Positions 1 through 8,785 of a stretch of 32,000 nt of DNA are shown one piece after another. The translations under genes and the position numbers were made by a program. The notes under the pieces are model-generated. The model did no database searches, was not told where the DNA came from, and worked only from the letters and a program-made list of their open reading frames with translations. Source of the stretch: Cuniculiplasma divulgatum. Lineage in GTDB: Archaea; Thermoplasmatota; Thermoplasmata; Thermoplasmatales; Thermoplasmataceae. Each line of letters starts with the position of its first letter. Positions within the stretch are counted from its first letter, which is position 1. The stretch is taken from positions 270,001 to 302,000 of the forward strand of contig NZ_LT671858.1 in the NCBI RefSeq assembly GCF_900083515.1. The letters run 5' to 3'.

Positions 1-364
1 CAGTAAGTATAAAAGAAGAGTATTGGAATTAAAAAAGAAGAGCGATCCACTTGAAGGATCACCACAGGCCAGAGGAATCGTAATAGAAAAAATAGGAATT
101 GAAGCCAAACAACCAAACTCGGCAATTAGGAAATGTGTTAAGGTTCAGCTTATAAAAAATGGCAGGCAGGTTACTGCATTTGCCCCTGGAGATGGTGCTA
201 TCAACTATATAGATGAGCACGATGAAGTTCTGGTGGAAGGAATTGGCGGAAGTAAGGGTAGAAGTAAGGGAGATATACCAGGAGTCAGATATAAGGTCGT
301 TGGAGTTAATGGAATTTCCTTATCTGAGTTAGTAAGGGGAAGAAAGGAGAAGACGGTGAGATAA
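1..364 (+). CDS. rps12: 30S ribosomal protein uS12 (archaeal S12), N-terminus cut by window edge
   Basis: The frame is open from base 2 ([50 protein letters not shown]...[11 protein letters not shown]), a typical archaeal/eukaryal-type S12. The TTG at 23 is internal, not the start. TAATG overlap with the next gene. Confidence 0.95.
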   Translation, partial: SKYKRRVLELKKKSDPLEGSPQARGIVIEKIGIEAKQPNSAIRKCVKVQLIKNGRQVTAFAPGDGAINYIDEHDEVLVEGIGGSKGRSKGDIPGVRYKVVGVNGISLSELVRGRKEKTVR

Positions 365-927
365 TGGATCTTAAAATTTTTGGAAAATATGATGTAAATG
401 GAATCGAGGTTCACGATTTGGGCCTATCAAAATATATTAATCTAAATTCATACATGAACCTGCACACAGGGGGAAGATTTTCAAACTATTCGGCTGGAAA
501 GAAAAATGTTAACACTGTAGAAAGGTTAATAAATAAACTTATGAGAACAGAAAAGTGGACCGGTAAGAAATATGGCGCATACAGGATTCTGAGAGATGCA
601 TTCGAAATTATCGAAGAGAAAACCAAGCAAAACCCTCTCCAGCTGCTAATCAATGCAATTGAGAATGCTGCTCCAAGAGAAGAGGTAACAAGGCTAAAAT
701 ACGGGGGCATTGCTGTTCCTAAGGCTGTCGATGTTGCTCCATCTAGAAGAGTGGATGAAGCCCTAAGGAATATTGCCATTGGATCAACCGATGCTTCATA
801 TAAAAACAAGAAATCCATTGAAGCATGTCTCGCAGATGAGATAATACTGGCATCCAAGAATGACCAGAATTCACATGCAGTAGCCAAGAAAGAGGAAGTG
901 GAAAGAATTGCAGCATCTGCAAGATGA
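364..927 (+). CDS. rps7: 30S ribosomal protein uS7
   Basis: 187 aa with an ATG overlapping the S12 stop. Archaeal S7-like sequence ([13 protein letters not shown]..., [28 protein letters not shown]) in the conserved S12-S7 order. Confidence 0.93.
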   Translation: MDLKIFGKYDVNGIEVHDLGLSKYINLNSYMNLHTGGRFSNYSAGKKNVNTVERLINKLMRTEKWTGKKYGAYRILRDAFEIIEEKTKQNPLQLLINAIENAAPREEVTRLKYGGIAVPKAVDVAPSRRVDEALRNIAIGSTDASYKNKKSIEACLADEIILASKNDQNSHAVAKKEEVERIAASAR

Positions 928-994
928 TTCTAAAATTTACTAACAACATTTTTAACAACCTACTGTTTAAATATAATCTCTTTATAATGCGTCC

Positions 995-1462
995 ATGAAA
1001 AACAAACTCGTTATGGGAATATTCAGTCTCTTGTTTGGAGGTTTTATTTTAATTTCCCTTATAATACCATGGTGGAACGAGTCATTTAATGTTTTTGGAT
1101 TGTCTGGGGTGTTCTATCCCCTTTCTATACCAACTCTGCCTAAGAGTGATCCCGTATACCTTTCATACATTACCGGCATTCTGATTCTTATCTCAGGAAT
1201 TACTGCAATAGCTTTTGGCATTATTATGATATTAAAAAAGAAAGGTAGAAACTCAAACTTAGGGTCTATTGTAGCATCAATTATTGGTATTATGGGATTC
1301 ATTTTTTACATAATATTCATCTATAAGATCTCCCCTGATGTGAATGGTAATATATTTTATTACAGTAATTTTGTTGAGTCCTATAGAATTCAGGCTGGAT
1401 TTTACATAGAGGCACTTTCATCAGTAATTCTGTTTATATCTGGGCTTATAGCAATGTCTTAA
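995..1462 (+). CDS. hypothetical integral membrane protein
   Basis: 155-aa ATG-initiated ORF with several long hydrophobic segments. No family recognised. Confidence 0.6.
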   Translation: MKNKLVMGIFSLLFGGFILISLIIPWWNESFNVFGLSGVFYPLSIPTLPKSDPVYLSYITGILILISGITAIAFGIIMILKKKGRNSNLGSIVASIIGIMGFIFYIIFIYKISPDVNGNIFYYSNFVESYRIQAGFYIEALSSVILFISGLIAMS

Positions 1463-1670
1463 TTTTAACACCAATAAAATGCCTCATTTTACATATTTAT
1501 GGAGACACTACCAAAATTGTTCATCTATTTTATACTCAGTATTCTTACAGGAACAGAGACTTAAAACTGATATGAATGTAGAAACAATATGCATCAATAG
1601 AATAACAATATAACAATTTTTTATCTCATTTAGCGAACTAAAAAAAAAATAGGTTTAGTTAAAATCACTT

Positions 1671-2165
1671 TCAGTAAAACTGAAGTGCAACAGCCGTTAT
1701 TGTTATGGCAATCATAAGCCCGAGTGTAATATAGGAAAGCATGTGTGACCATTTTCTCAGTCTTCTCAGCTCATCCATTCTGCCCTCTCTTGCCATCTTC
1801 ATTATCCTTTTACCATGGTAAAGATTGTTTCCATACATTATGAGAATCATTGCACCTACCAGTACAATTTTCACAAGGAGAATATTTCCTCCCTGCGTAT
1901 TGAAAAGTGCAAAGAAATTATAATTAAGGTACCATGTCGCATTATATATGCCGGTTAAAATCAGTATTATAAGAAAAACGTTAGTAATCCAGGCAAACTG
2001 TTTTCCTATAAGCCCCACTATTCTGGTTCTCAGCTTCTCATCATCAGTTATCTTATACGAGGCAGGAATCACCACAACCCATATGAAAAATGAACCACCT
2101 ACGAATATTATAGCTGAAAATATATGTAGCCACAGGATTATTGTATTTAAAAGGGTCAGATCCAT
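1671..2165 (-). CDS. small polytopic membrane protein, CopD-like (tentative)
   Basis: About 4 TM segments. The first has a His plus WxxGG-like pattern (LWLHIFSAIIFVGGSFF) reminiscent of CopD-type proteins. The ORF-track start at 2168 is TTG, so I use the adjacent ATG at 2165, which follows a GTGAT SD-like motif. Lies 39 nt downstream of the PadR gene on the same strand. Confidence 0.6.
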   Translation of the reverse strand: MDLTLLNTIILWLHIFSAIIFVGGSFFIWVVVIPASYKITDDEKLRTRIVGLIGKQFAWITNVFLIILILTGIYNATWYLNYNFFALFNTQGGNILLVKIVLVGAMILIMYGNNLYHGKRIMKMAREGRMDELRRLRKWSHMLSYITLGLMIAITITAVALQFY

Positions 2166-2207
2166 CAATCATCACTCATTATAGTATATCTATAATGTTA
2201 TGTCATA

Positions 2208-2708
2208 TTACTGTTTAATTTTTGGTTTTTCTGCAGAGAGTATCTCCTTAATCACATCATTGAGATTTGAAATCATTCTATCTATTGCCTCAGTATTTCC
2301 TGCTTTTTTAAGTACGAATGCAACTTTCACCTGCCGTATAATTACAGATGCCATCTTGTCTATTGCCTCGTTTAGAATAGTGGTATCTTCTATACTCGCT
2401 AGAACATCAGGAAATAGGAGGTCCCTTCCCATTGAAACAGCAAGCATCCTTTCCCTAATATTTTCCCTGAAAAGGCGTAGATTAGAAACATACTTCTCAC
2501 CCTTTGACGTGAGATGATAAACCTTGGCCCTCCCTCTCATTTCATATCTAATGAAACCGTGGTATTCGAGGGATTTTAGCAGTGGTCTTATGGTACCTCC
2601 TGAAACCATTGAACCATCCCATTTCAATTTTCTCGAAAGTTCATAACCACTCATGGGCTTTAGCGAAAGAATGAAAAGTGCACTATCAGAATATTCTCCT
2701 AAATTCAT
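2208..2708 (-). CDS. PadR-family winged-helix transcriptional regulator
   Basis: N-terminal wHTH pattern (LSLKPMSGYELSRKL...GTIRPLLKSLEYHGFIRYEMRGRAKVYHLTSKGEKY) followed by a C-terminal helical part. Typical PadR architecture and size. Confidence 0.8.
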   Translation of the reverse strand: MNLGEYSDSALFILSLKPMSGYELSRKLKWDGSMVSGGTIRPLLKSLEYHGFIRYEMRGRAKVYHLTSKGEKYVSNLRLFRENIRERMLAVSMGRDLLFPDVLASIEDTTILNEAIDKMASVIIRQVKVAFVLKKAGNTEAIDRMISNLNDVIKEILSAEKPKIKQ

Positions 2709-2741
2709 GTATCGAATTCGACATTTTGAATTGATATTTAA
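2707..2741 (-). promoter_or_regulatory. candidate PadR promoter and operator
   Basis: A TATA-like TTAAATAT (minus strand, + coords 2734..2741) lies 26-33 nt upstream of the ATG, implying a leaderless or near-leaderless mRNA. Between it and the start are ATGT (2707..2710) and ACAT (2721..2724) half-sites with a nested perfect 10-bp palindrome TCGAATTCGA (2712..2721). Confidence 0.4.
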
Positions 2742-2861
2742 GAATAACTATGTATTTAAATTTAAATCGTCTTTATAAACTATTTTCGAAACTTCTAATA
2801 TCTGTTGCAAAATTTGTTTGTCATCCAAGAAGTCACTCACAATGTGAAAATAATATTAGTC

Positions 2862-4280
2862 TCAAACATATCCACTTTCAACCATTCTATATAACCCATT
2901 CTTCCAGTGATCTTCCCTAAATAGAAATACCCCAAGGAAAATTCCCGCACCAAGTATGATAAAGGGTAGTGATCCAGCAAAAAAGGCAACGATAAAAAGT
3001 ACAACAAGCATTATGAAGGATACAGGAAGAAGAATGAACTGGGTCAGATTGTAGGTCGAAGGTAATACATCCTCCTGTGTGATCTGGAACGTCTTTTTGT
3101 AAAAAGACATGGAAAAACTGATACCACAATATATGGGGACAAGCAGGGCAAAAATCCATATGAATTCAAATGAAAAAGGTATGCCAAGTATTGTTAGAAT
3201 GACATTTGCCGCAATCATGGGAACAGATACAAATAGTGCCTGTGCCATTTTGGCAAGTGCTGTAAGCTGCATATACCGTTCTACTGGAAAAGAGATAAAG
3301 GCCAGCCATGCTCTCTCCTTTGACAGAGTTCCTGTACTGAGTCCAAGTGAAATTCCCCATGCTATGTAAATTTCAGGAAATAATATGTAAAGAAGAGAAT
3401 CTGAGGATCCCTTCGATAGGCCGCGCACATAATAGAGCTGAAAAAGAACAAAGGCAACTCCCAGCAAAGTGGTTAGAAGACCAATGGTGTAAAGACTCAC
3501 TCTATTGACCTTAACTCTAATATTTCCCATGCTCGCTGTTCTTGAAGAGAAATCTACCTGTTTGAAGTGAAGTTCAAAAACAGCCAGTGCAGGTTGTTTT
3601 CCCATGAATTTAAAGAGGTCCCTGAAACCTTTTGATTTTGTTGCCATAGCTGACAGTTTAAATGGAAGAGATTCCTGGCTTATTGCCTTGAAGGATACTC
3701 CAGTAGCTATCACTGTAACAATTATAAGAAATAGTGAAGATTCAAAGAGATGACCGGAAAGGAACGATAATGGTCCAAGAGGGAAGCCCAGGTAAGATGA
3801 AATCACCCATAAGCCTGCAATAGCTGCTACTCCAACTCTCGCAGGTCTCGGCGTACCTGCCATATTCAGGCTCATTGAAATTGGAAGGATAGCCATGCAT
3901 ATTATATCTACAATCCCAATCAGAAGAGCTGTTTCATTGCTCCTCAGTATAATGAAAGAAGCAGAGGCGGCTGAAATGAAAATAAGAGATGATGCAAGCG
4001 CCTGTGAGATGAAAAAAGCAGGGACTAGAACACGATTTTCTATAGCAGAAGTAAGAAGAAAATCTCTATCCGCAGAAGTTGTTGATATACCTCCTGTGTA
4101 AATGGCAGAAAGCAAAAAGAGGAGGAAGAAAAATGCAAGATAATATGAACCGAAATTAGAAGTATCATCCAGCCCAAAATTTACCGTAAATATTGAATAT
4201 ATGAAAATAAAGAGTATTACAAGGAGATAATTTCTTGAAAATCTCGACTTGATAAGAAGCTTCAGCACACTAAGAAACAT
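2862..4280 (-). CDS. large polytopic permease partner of the ABC ATPase (putative ABC exporter type)
   Basis: 472 aa in two hydrophobic multi-TM halves separated by a charged loop (KSKGFRDLFKFMGKQP...). Its start overlaps the upstream ATPase gene by 11 nt, so they form an operon. Confidence 0.7.
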   Translation of the reverse strand: MFLSVLKLLIKSRFSRNYLLVILFIFIYSIFTVNFGLDDTSNFGSYYLAFFFLLFLLSAIYTGGISTTSADRDFLLTSAIENRVLVPAFFISQALASSLIFISAASASFIILRSNETALLIGIVDIICMAILPISMSLNMAGTPRPARVGVAAIAGLWVISSYLGFPLGPLSFLSGHLFESSLFLIIVTVIATGVSFKAISQESLPFKLSAMATKSKGFRDLFKFMGKQPALAVFELHFKQVDFSSRTASMGNIRVKVNRVSLYTIGLLTTLLGVAFVLFQLYYVRGLSKGSSDSLLYILFPEIYIAWGISLGLSTGTLSKERAWLAFISFPVERYMQLTALAKMAQALFVSVPMIAANVILTILGIPFSFEFIWIFALLVPIYCGISFSMSFYKKTFQITQEDVLPSTYNLTQFILLPVSFIMLVVLFIVAFFAGSLPFIILGAGIFLGVFLFREDHWKNGLYRMVESGYV

Positions 4281-5019
4281 GTTTCATCAGTTCCGACACG
4301 ATGCTTTCTATTGTTTTTGTGCCTTCTGTTAACTCCTCGAGCTCAGTAATCTGTCCTTCCCACACTTTTTTTCCAGAGGATAGAATAATTACCTTGCTGG
4401 TTAATCTTCTTGCAATTGACAATATATGGGTTGACACCAGAAAGGTTGCATTCATCTTCTCAAAATATTCGAATACCTTTTCCTGAGTTGGTATATCAAG
4501 ATAATTCAATGGTTCATCCATAATGGCAAATCTCGGTTGATGAATAATTGAAAGGGCGAGGCATAGTTTTTGCCTGTTTCCCCTTGATAGTGTAAGTGGT
4601 TTCTGTTTCTCCATTTCTCTTAGATCTAACATATCGAGAAAAAATTCAATTCTATCCTGGAGATTCTCAGTTCTCCTTATGGTTCCTATGTACTCTAGAT
4701 TCTCTCTCACAGAGAGATTCAGGTATGGGCTTGCATCTTCTGGAAGATATCCAATATATCTCTTTGCTTCAATTGAACTGGGTCTGTGACCATATATTCT
4801 AACCATACCACTATCAGGTTTCATCAGACCGGAAATTATTCTTATGGTTGTAGACTTGCCAGCGCCGTTTTCACCAAGCAGGGCCACTCTTTCCCTATCT
4901 TTAATCTGAATATCCACGCCGTCAACTGCCCTAACAGTTCCAAATGTTTTTACTACCGATTCCATCCTGAGCGCAATTAATGAATCTTCCGAACTCATCT
5001 GATTTTCCTGTAGCATCAT
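4270..5019 (-). CDS. ABC transporter ATP-binding protein
   Basis: Walker A GENGAGKST, signature LSRGNRQKL, Walker B FAIMDEPLNYLD. Confidence 0.92.
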   Translation of the reverse strand: MMLQENQMSSEDSLIALRMESVVKTFGTVRAVDGVDIQIKDRERVALLGENGAGKSTTIRIISGLMKPDSGMVRIYGHRPSSIEAKRYIGYLPEDASPYLNLSVRENLEYIGTIRRTENLQDRIEFFLDMLDLREMEKQKPLTLSRGNRQKLCLALSIIHQPRFAIMDEPLNYLDIPTQEKVFEYFEKMNATFLVSTHILSIARRLTSKVIILSSGKKVWEGQITELEELTEGTKTIESIVSELMKHVS

Positions 5020-5092
5020 TTTCCTATCACGCGCATTTAAATAAATATTTTGTGGGAATTAATAGGAAGTGATAAATGTTCTCCACTAAATT

Positions 5093-6364
5093 TCAGGCTC
5101 CATCAATCTGAACTTTTTCATTATCTGTAAAGCTATTTTCATAGCCATATATTTCCCTGAAAAGGAATATGGAAACAACAAGACCTGTGGCTGGCGCCAA
5201 AGCTAGAATTAATGTGGATGCTCCAATTCCTAGAATGCCAGCCATTAGCGGGAAGATAGTTATGGATAGAAAAGCTGGAAACTCTGAAATGAAGTTGGAA
5301 AAACCGGTTGCACTACCCCGGTATTGTGGATCTGATATTAGGGATTGTGATGTAAGTATGGGCTGGTTGTTCCAGTGATTTCCCCACACAAATAATATCA
5401 TGAAGAGTGGTACTATTAAATAATATCCATAAACAATGAAAACCCCAGAGCCTATAAGTGAAATTAGTGTTATTGTATATCCATATATACTCAGGTTTTT
5501 CAGCCCCATTTTGGGCAAAAATTTTGGACCCAGAATGCCTGCAGGAAGACCGAAGGAGTAGATGAATATAATCAGATAACGCTGATCTATAATACTGGAA
5601 ATTCTAAAATTAGATATTATGATTGGAATAAAAAATGCAAATGTCCCAACCTCAACAGAACTGGCTATTCCAGAGATCCAGCTGAACTTTGTCGTTCTCC
5701 ACTTCAGTTTGTCCTTCCTAAGCTTCCGTATAAATTCAAGGCGCGGAGGCTTTCCGTTTTCACTCGGCTTAGTCCATAGTGGGCTCTCTCCGAGGTATCC
5801 TGACACCAGCAGGGCGAATAATGCTGGGACTGCCGATATTCCCATGGTTAGCCTCCATATGGAAACGTAATCTGCATTGTTAAACAGTAATAACAAAATT
5901 AAGATATTTATGGTCATAATGGCAAAACTTGCCATGAGGGTATTCTTAACTCCAGTAACCTCCCTATCTCCTCTACCTATAGCATCCATAATAAAGCAGT
6001 AGCAATTTGCAAGATCAGATCCAACAGCAATTCCAGCTATAAATCTCAAAGCAATAAACACTGCCGGGTCAGGTGAAATCGCAGACCCTAGATCAGCAAA
6101 AATGAATATGAGCATGTTGGATACGAAAACTTTTTTTCTCCCGATTCGGTCTGAGAGTATACCACCCAAAAGGGAACCGACTGCAGCCCCTCCAATTATG
6201 GCCCCACTCGCGAGACCAAATAATAAATTTGTCTTTATGAATGAGTCCTTTATAAAAAAATTTGACATTGGGACAACAAAGACATTCCACTGATCAACGA
6301 ATAAGGAAAGAAGCATTAATGTTGAAACCAAACTTTTTTCATTTTTATAGATTCTTTTACTCAT
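5093..6364 (-). CDS. MFS transporter
   Basis: 12-TM-type protein with the MFS loop motif LSDRIGRKK plus LRFIAGIAVG. The ORF-track start (6469) is a TTG that leaves only 9 nt before the divergent dys gene. The first ATG (MSKRIYK..., 6364) directly precedes TM1. Confidence 0.85.
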   Translation of the reverse strand: MSKRIYKNEKSLVSTLMLLSLFVDQWNVFVVPMSNFFIKDSFIKTNLLFGLASGAIIGGAAVGSLLGGILSDRIGRKKVFVSNMLIFIFADLGSAISPDPAVFIALRFIAGIAVGSDLANCYCFIMDAIGRGDREVTGVKNTLMASFAIMTINILILLLLFNNADYVSIWRLTMGISAVPALFALLVSGYLGESPLWTKPSENGKPPRLEFIRKLRKDKLKWRTTKFSWISGIASSVEVGTFAFFIPIIISNFRISSIIDQRYLIIFIYSFGLPAGILGPKFLPKMGLKNLSIYGYTITLISLIGSGVFIVYGYYLIVPLFMILFVWGNHWNNQPILTSQSLISDPQYRGSATGFSNFISEFPAFLSITIFPLMAGILGIGASTLILALAPATGLVVSIFLFREIYGYENSFTDNEKVQIDGA

Positions 6365-6478
6365 AAATCTTGTTTTGTGATTATTTGATCCATAATAAAC
6401 ATGAGGTAATAATATATTACGAAAATAGTCACTAACATGGAAAGGTAAAATACCTGTATTAGAACTCAATCACTTATT

Positions 6479-7417
6479 ATGTTGCCTGATAAGAAAAAAA
6501 TATTAAGTAATCCTGTAAAAGACGAAAAAATAACAAAAAGTACAACACTTGGTGAACTGATTTCGCAGTTTCTTGAATCTGGAGGTTTTACATCCTCAAA
6601 AATTGGGGTTGCCTACGAGATTCTAAAAGAGATGGTCGAGGAGGACAACACTACTTTCCTATCTTTCCCTGCGGATATAATATCCACTGGAACCAGGGGA
6701 ATAATCAACGAAATGGTAAAAAGAAAAATGGTCGATGTAATAATTACTACATGTGGAACCCTGGATCATGATATTGCCAGATCTTTCAGGGACTATTATT
6801 GTGGTTCCTTTGACTATAATGACAGAGAACTTAAGGACCTCGGAATAAATAGGCTGGGTAGTGTAGTAATTCCTGACGAAAGCTATGGAGAAATTATGGA
6901 AGAATTTATGCAGAAAGAGCTTGAGAAACTGTATAAAGAGAGTAAAAAGTGGACTACATGGAAGCTCATCGAAAAAATCGGACTTGCAATAAAAAATGAT
7001 GATTCTATACTTTACAATGCTGCTAAAAATCATATACCCATCTTTGTACCAGGTATAACGGATGGCTCCTTTGGTTCTCAACTCTGGTCCTTTAAGGAAA
7101 TGAATTCAGACTTCATTGTTGATGTTTTACAGGATGAACATGATCTATCTGATATAATCTTTGATGCAAAGAAGACGGGGGCATTAATGATCGGAGGAGG
7201 GATTTCGAAACACCATACCATATGGTGGAATCAGTTCAGGGGTGGCCTTGACTCTGCAATCTATATTACCACGGCGCAGGAATATGATGGTTCTCTATCT
7301 GGAGCAAAATTGGAAGAGGCCATATCCTGGAAGAAAGTAAAGCCAGATGCCAAATTTGTAAACGTTTATGGAGACATAACTGCCCTATTACCCTTGCTTG
7401 TGGGACCATTACTTTAG
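6479..7417 (+). CDS. dys: deoxyhypusine synthase
   Basis: 312 aa with family-typical blocks (TTCGTLDHDI, VPGITDGSFG, IGGGISKHH, EAISWKK). Confidence 0.9.
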   Translation: MLPDKKKILSNPVKDEKITKSTTLGELISQFLESGGFTSSKIGVAYEILKEMVEEDNTTFLSFPADIISTGTRGIINEMVKRKMVDVIITTCGTLDHDIARSFRDYYCGSFDYNDRELKDLGINRLGSVVIPDESYGEIMEEFMQKELEKLYKESKKWTTWKLIEKIGLAIKNDDSILYNAAKNHIPIFVPGITDGSFGSQLWSFKEMNSDFIVDVLQDEHDLSDIIFDAKKTGALMIGGGISKHHTIWWNQFRGGLDSAIYITTAQEYDGSLSGAKLEEAISWKKVKPDAKFVNVYGDITALLPLLVGPLL

Positions 7418-7454
7418 AAAAGTGTATTAATTTCATATACAATGTGAGAGATTA

Positions 7455-7466
7455 TTATTTGATCTT
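7455..7466. repeat. 12-nt direct repeat TTATTTGATCTT, copy 1
   Basis: Exact copy at 7838..7849. The downstream GATCTTTAGTAAGT (7461..7474) also resembles GATCTTAGTTAAGT at 7891..7904. Confidence 0.6.
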
Positions 7467-7548
7467 TAGTAAGTTAGAACAGCTATGTAAAAGTAGAAGG
7501 TCAACTTTTTATTAACAACATTTTTTTAACATCATTTGATACATTATA

Positions 7549-7845
7549 ATGATGGATAAACCATGGGTCGAAGAGAAAAAGCTTAAAGAATTCATTTTAC
7601 AGAATAGATCATATAATCTTTTTGAAAATAAGGATAATACTGTGGAACTCAGGTTTTCTCCAGAGATGCCAGAAGCACAGGCGCACCTGCCCAATGGGCA
7701 GCCGGTTGAACACATTATGAAGGGTATAAAAGAAAATGGAAAAATATACTTTCTTTCATTCAAAACAGTCAGTTCCATAGGAGAAACAGAGACGCAGCTT
7801 GAGGGAGAAGATGATCCAATAATGCTCTGGTTGCAGTTTATTTGA
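7549..7845 (+). CDS. hypothetical protein (orphan, no family recognised)
   Basis: 98-aa ATG ORF in an otherwise non-coding stretch. Acidic and soluble-looking. No motif recognised, so coding status is uncertain. Confidence 0.4.
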   Translation: MMDKPWVEEKKLKEFILQNRSYNLFENKDNTVELRFSPEMPEAQAHLPNGQPVEHIMKGIKENGKIYFLSFKTVSSIGETETQLEGEDDPIMLWLQFI

Positions 7846-7849
7846 TCTT
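7838..7849. repeat. 12-nt direct repeat TTATTTGATCTT, copy 2
   Basis: Exact match to 7455..7466. Overlaps the TGA stop (7843..7845) of the 98-aa ORF. Confidence 0.6.
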
Positions 7850-8066
7850 GGTAAAATTTCCACCAATCATCGTATAAAAGATTAGATTCTGATCTTAGTT
7901 AAGTCTTCATTTCAAAAGCATTGATAGCAAGTATGTTTCCAGGAATTATTGATATTGTTATTAGATCTATCCATGGAATGCTCATTGTGAATCAATTTTT
8001 AAAACACAGATGTGGCTTTCATTGTCTTCTCAAAGCACTCTTTCATTTATATTAAAATTAATTAAG

Positions 8067-8075
8067 TAACTAACC
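8067..8075. repeat. 9-nt direct repeat TAACTAACC, copy 1 (left of the DUF3800 gene)
   Basis: AGTAACTAACC here versus AGTTAACTAACC at 8783..8794. The pair brackets the DUF3800 reading frame. Confidence 0.45.
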
Positions 8076-8095
8076 CTAACAAAGCTTGGTAATAG

Positions 8096-8734
8096 GTGGA
8101 TATAAGGTATATTTATTTTGATGAAAGTGATGATCTGGGGTTTTCGGAGAAAAGCTCAAAATTCTTGATTATATCAGCTTTCATCACAGATGATCCGAGG
8201 AAGTTGGATAGAATAATTAAAAATGCTAGGAGGAACAAATTGAAAAATAAATTAAAAAATGCAAATGAAATAAAATTTAATAAATCCAGCCCAGAAGTAA
8301 GGAAATATTTTATAAATAAATTGAATGAAACCTGCTCCTGTAGTGGTATTAATTGTATTATGGAGAAGAAAAAAGTATCAAGCCCATATTTAAAAGAGAA
8401 TAAAGATAAGCTATATAGTTTTGCAGCGGGACGTCTGGCCGATGCAATTAAATTAGATTGTGACAATGTTGAAATACGAATTGACAAATCTAAAAGGAAA
8501 AGTTTACTTAGAAAGGATTTTAATGAGTATTTAAGCCAAAAGTTAAAAAATGGCAGTAATTTCAATGAACCTGTAATTATAACACATAGTTATTAAGAAA
8601 ATTTTAGTGGAATTCAGTTAGCTGATATATTAGCAGGAGCTGTATATCATAAATTTAACAATGGAGACTCTCAATATATTGATATAATAGATCAAAACAA
8701 ATTCCCTCAAAAGTACATAGAATTGTGGAAATAA
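8096..8734 (+). pseudogene. DUF3800-type gene interrupted by an in-frame TAA (8594..8596)
   Basis: The GTG-initiated ORF opens with IYFDESDDLGF, the N-terminal acidic motif I associate with DUF3800. After the TAA at 8594..8596 the same frame continues for 45 codons (ENFSGIQLADILAGAVYHKF...ELWK) to a TAA at 8732..8734, supplying the C-terminal QLAD-type motif. Confidence 0.7.
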
Positions 8735-8785
8735 GAAATATGCCAGAGCCAGTTAGTATTGTCTTTATGCACCTCAAGGTACAGT

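Noticed and set aside
486-887. 133-aa ORF antisense to rps7. The same class includes 2200..2517, 6659..7081, 8113..8565, 11796..12104, 15817..16149 and 26668..26982, all antisense to well-supported genes.
   Set aside because: Each lies entirely inside, and antisense to, a gene with clear family motifs. The translations are low-complexity or hydrophobic with no recognisable motifs, as expected for shadow ORFs in low-GC DNA.
928-1670. Absence of EF-2/EF-1alpha genes downstream of rps12-rps7 (break of the classical str-operon order) as an insertion signal.
   Set aside because: I recall that the fus/tuf genes are unlinked from S12-S7 in Thermoplasma, so this is probably lineage-typical synteny rather than a local rearrangement. 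It needs a genome comparison, not sequence inspection.
7933-8055. 40-aa ORF (MFPGIIDIVIRSIHGMLIVNQFLKHRCGFHCLLKALFHLY) just upstream of the DUF3800 gene. A similar 44-aa ORF starts at 1479.
   Set aside because: No SD or TATA support that I could see, and no recognisable motif. Short ORFs of this size are expected by chance in intergenic DNA.
8237-8260. Tandem 12-nt repeat AAATTGAAAAAT/AAATTAAAAAAT.
   Set aside because: It lies inside the DUF3800 reading frame and simply encodes KLKN-KLKN. This is low-complexity Lys/Asn-rich coding sequence in A+T-rich DNA, not a structural repeat element.
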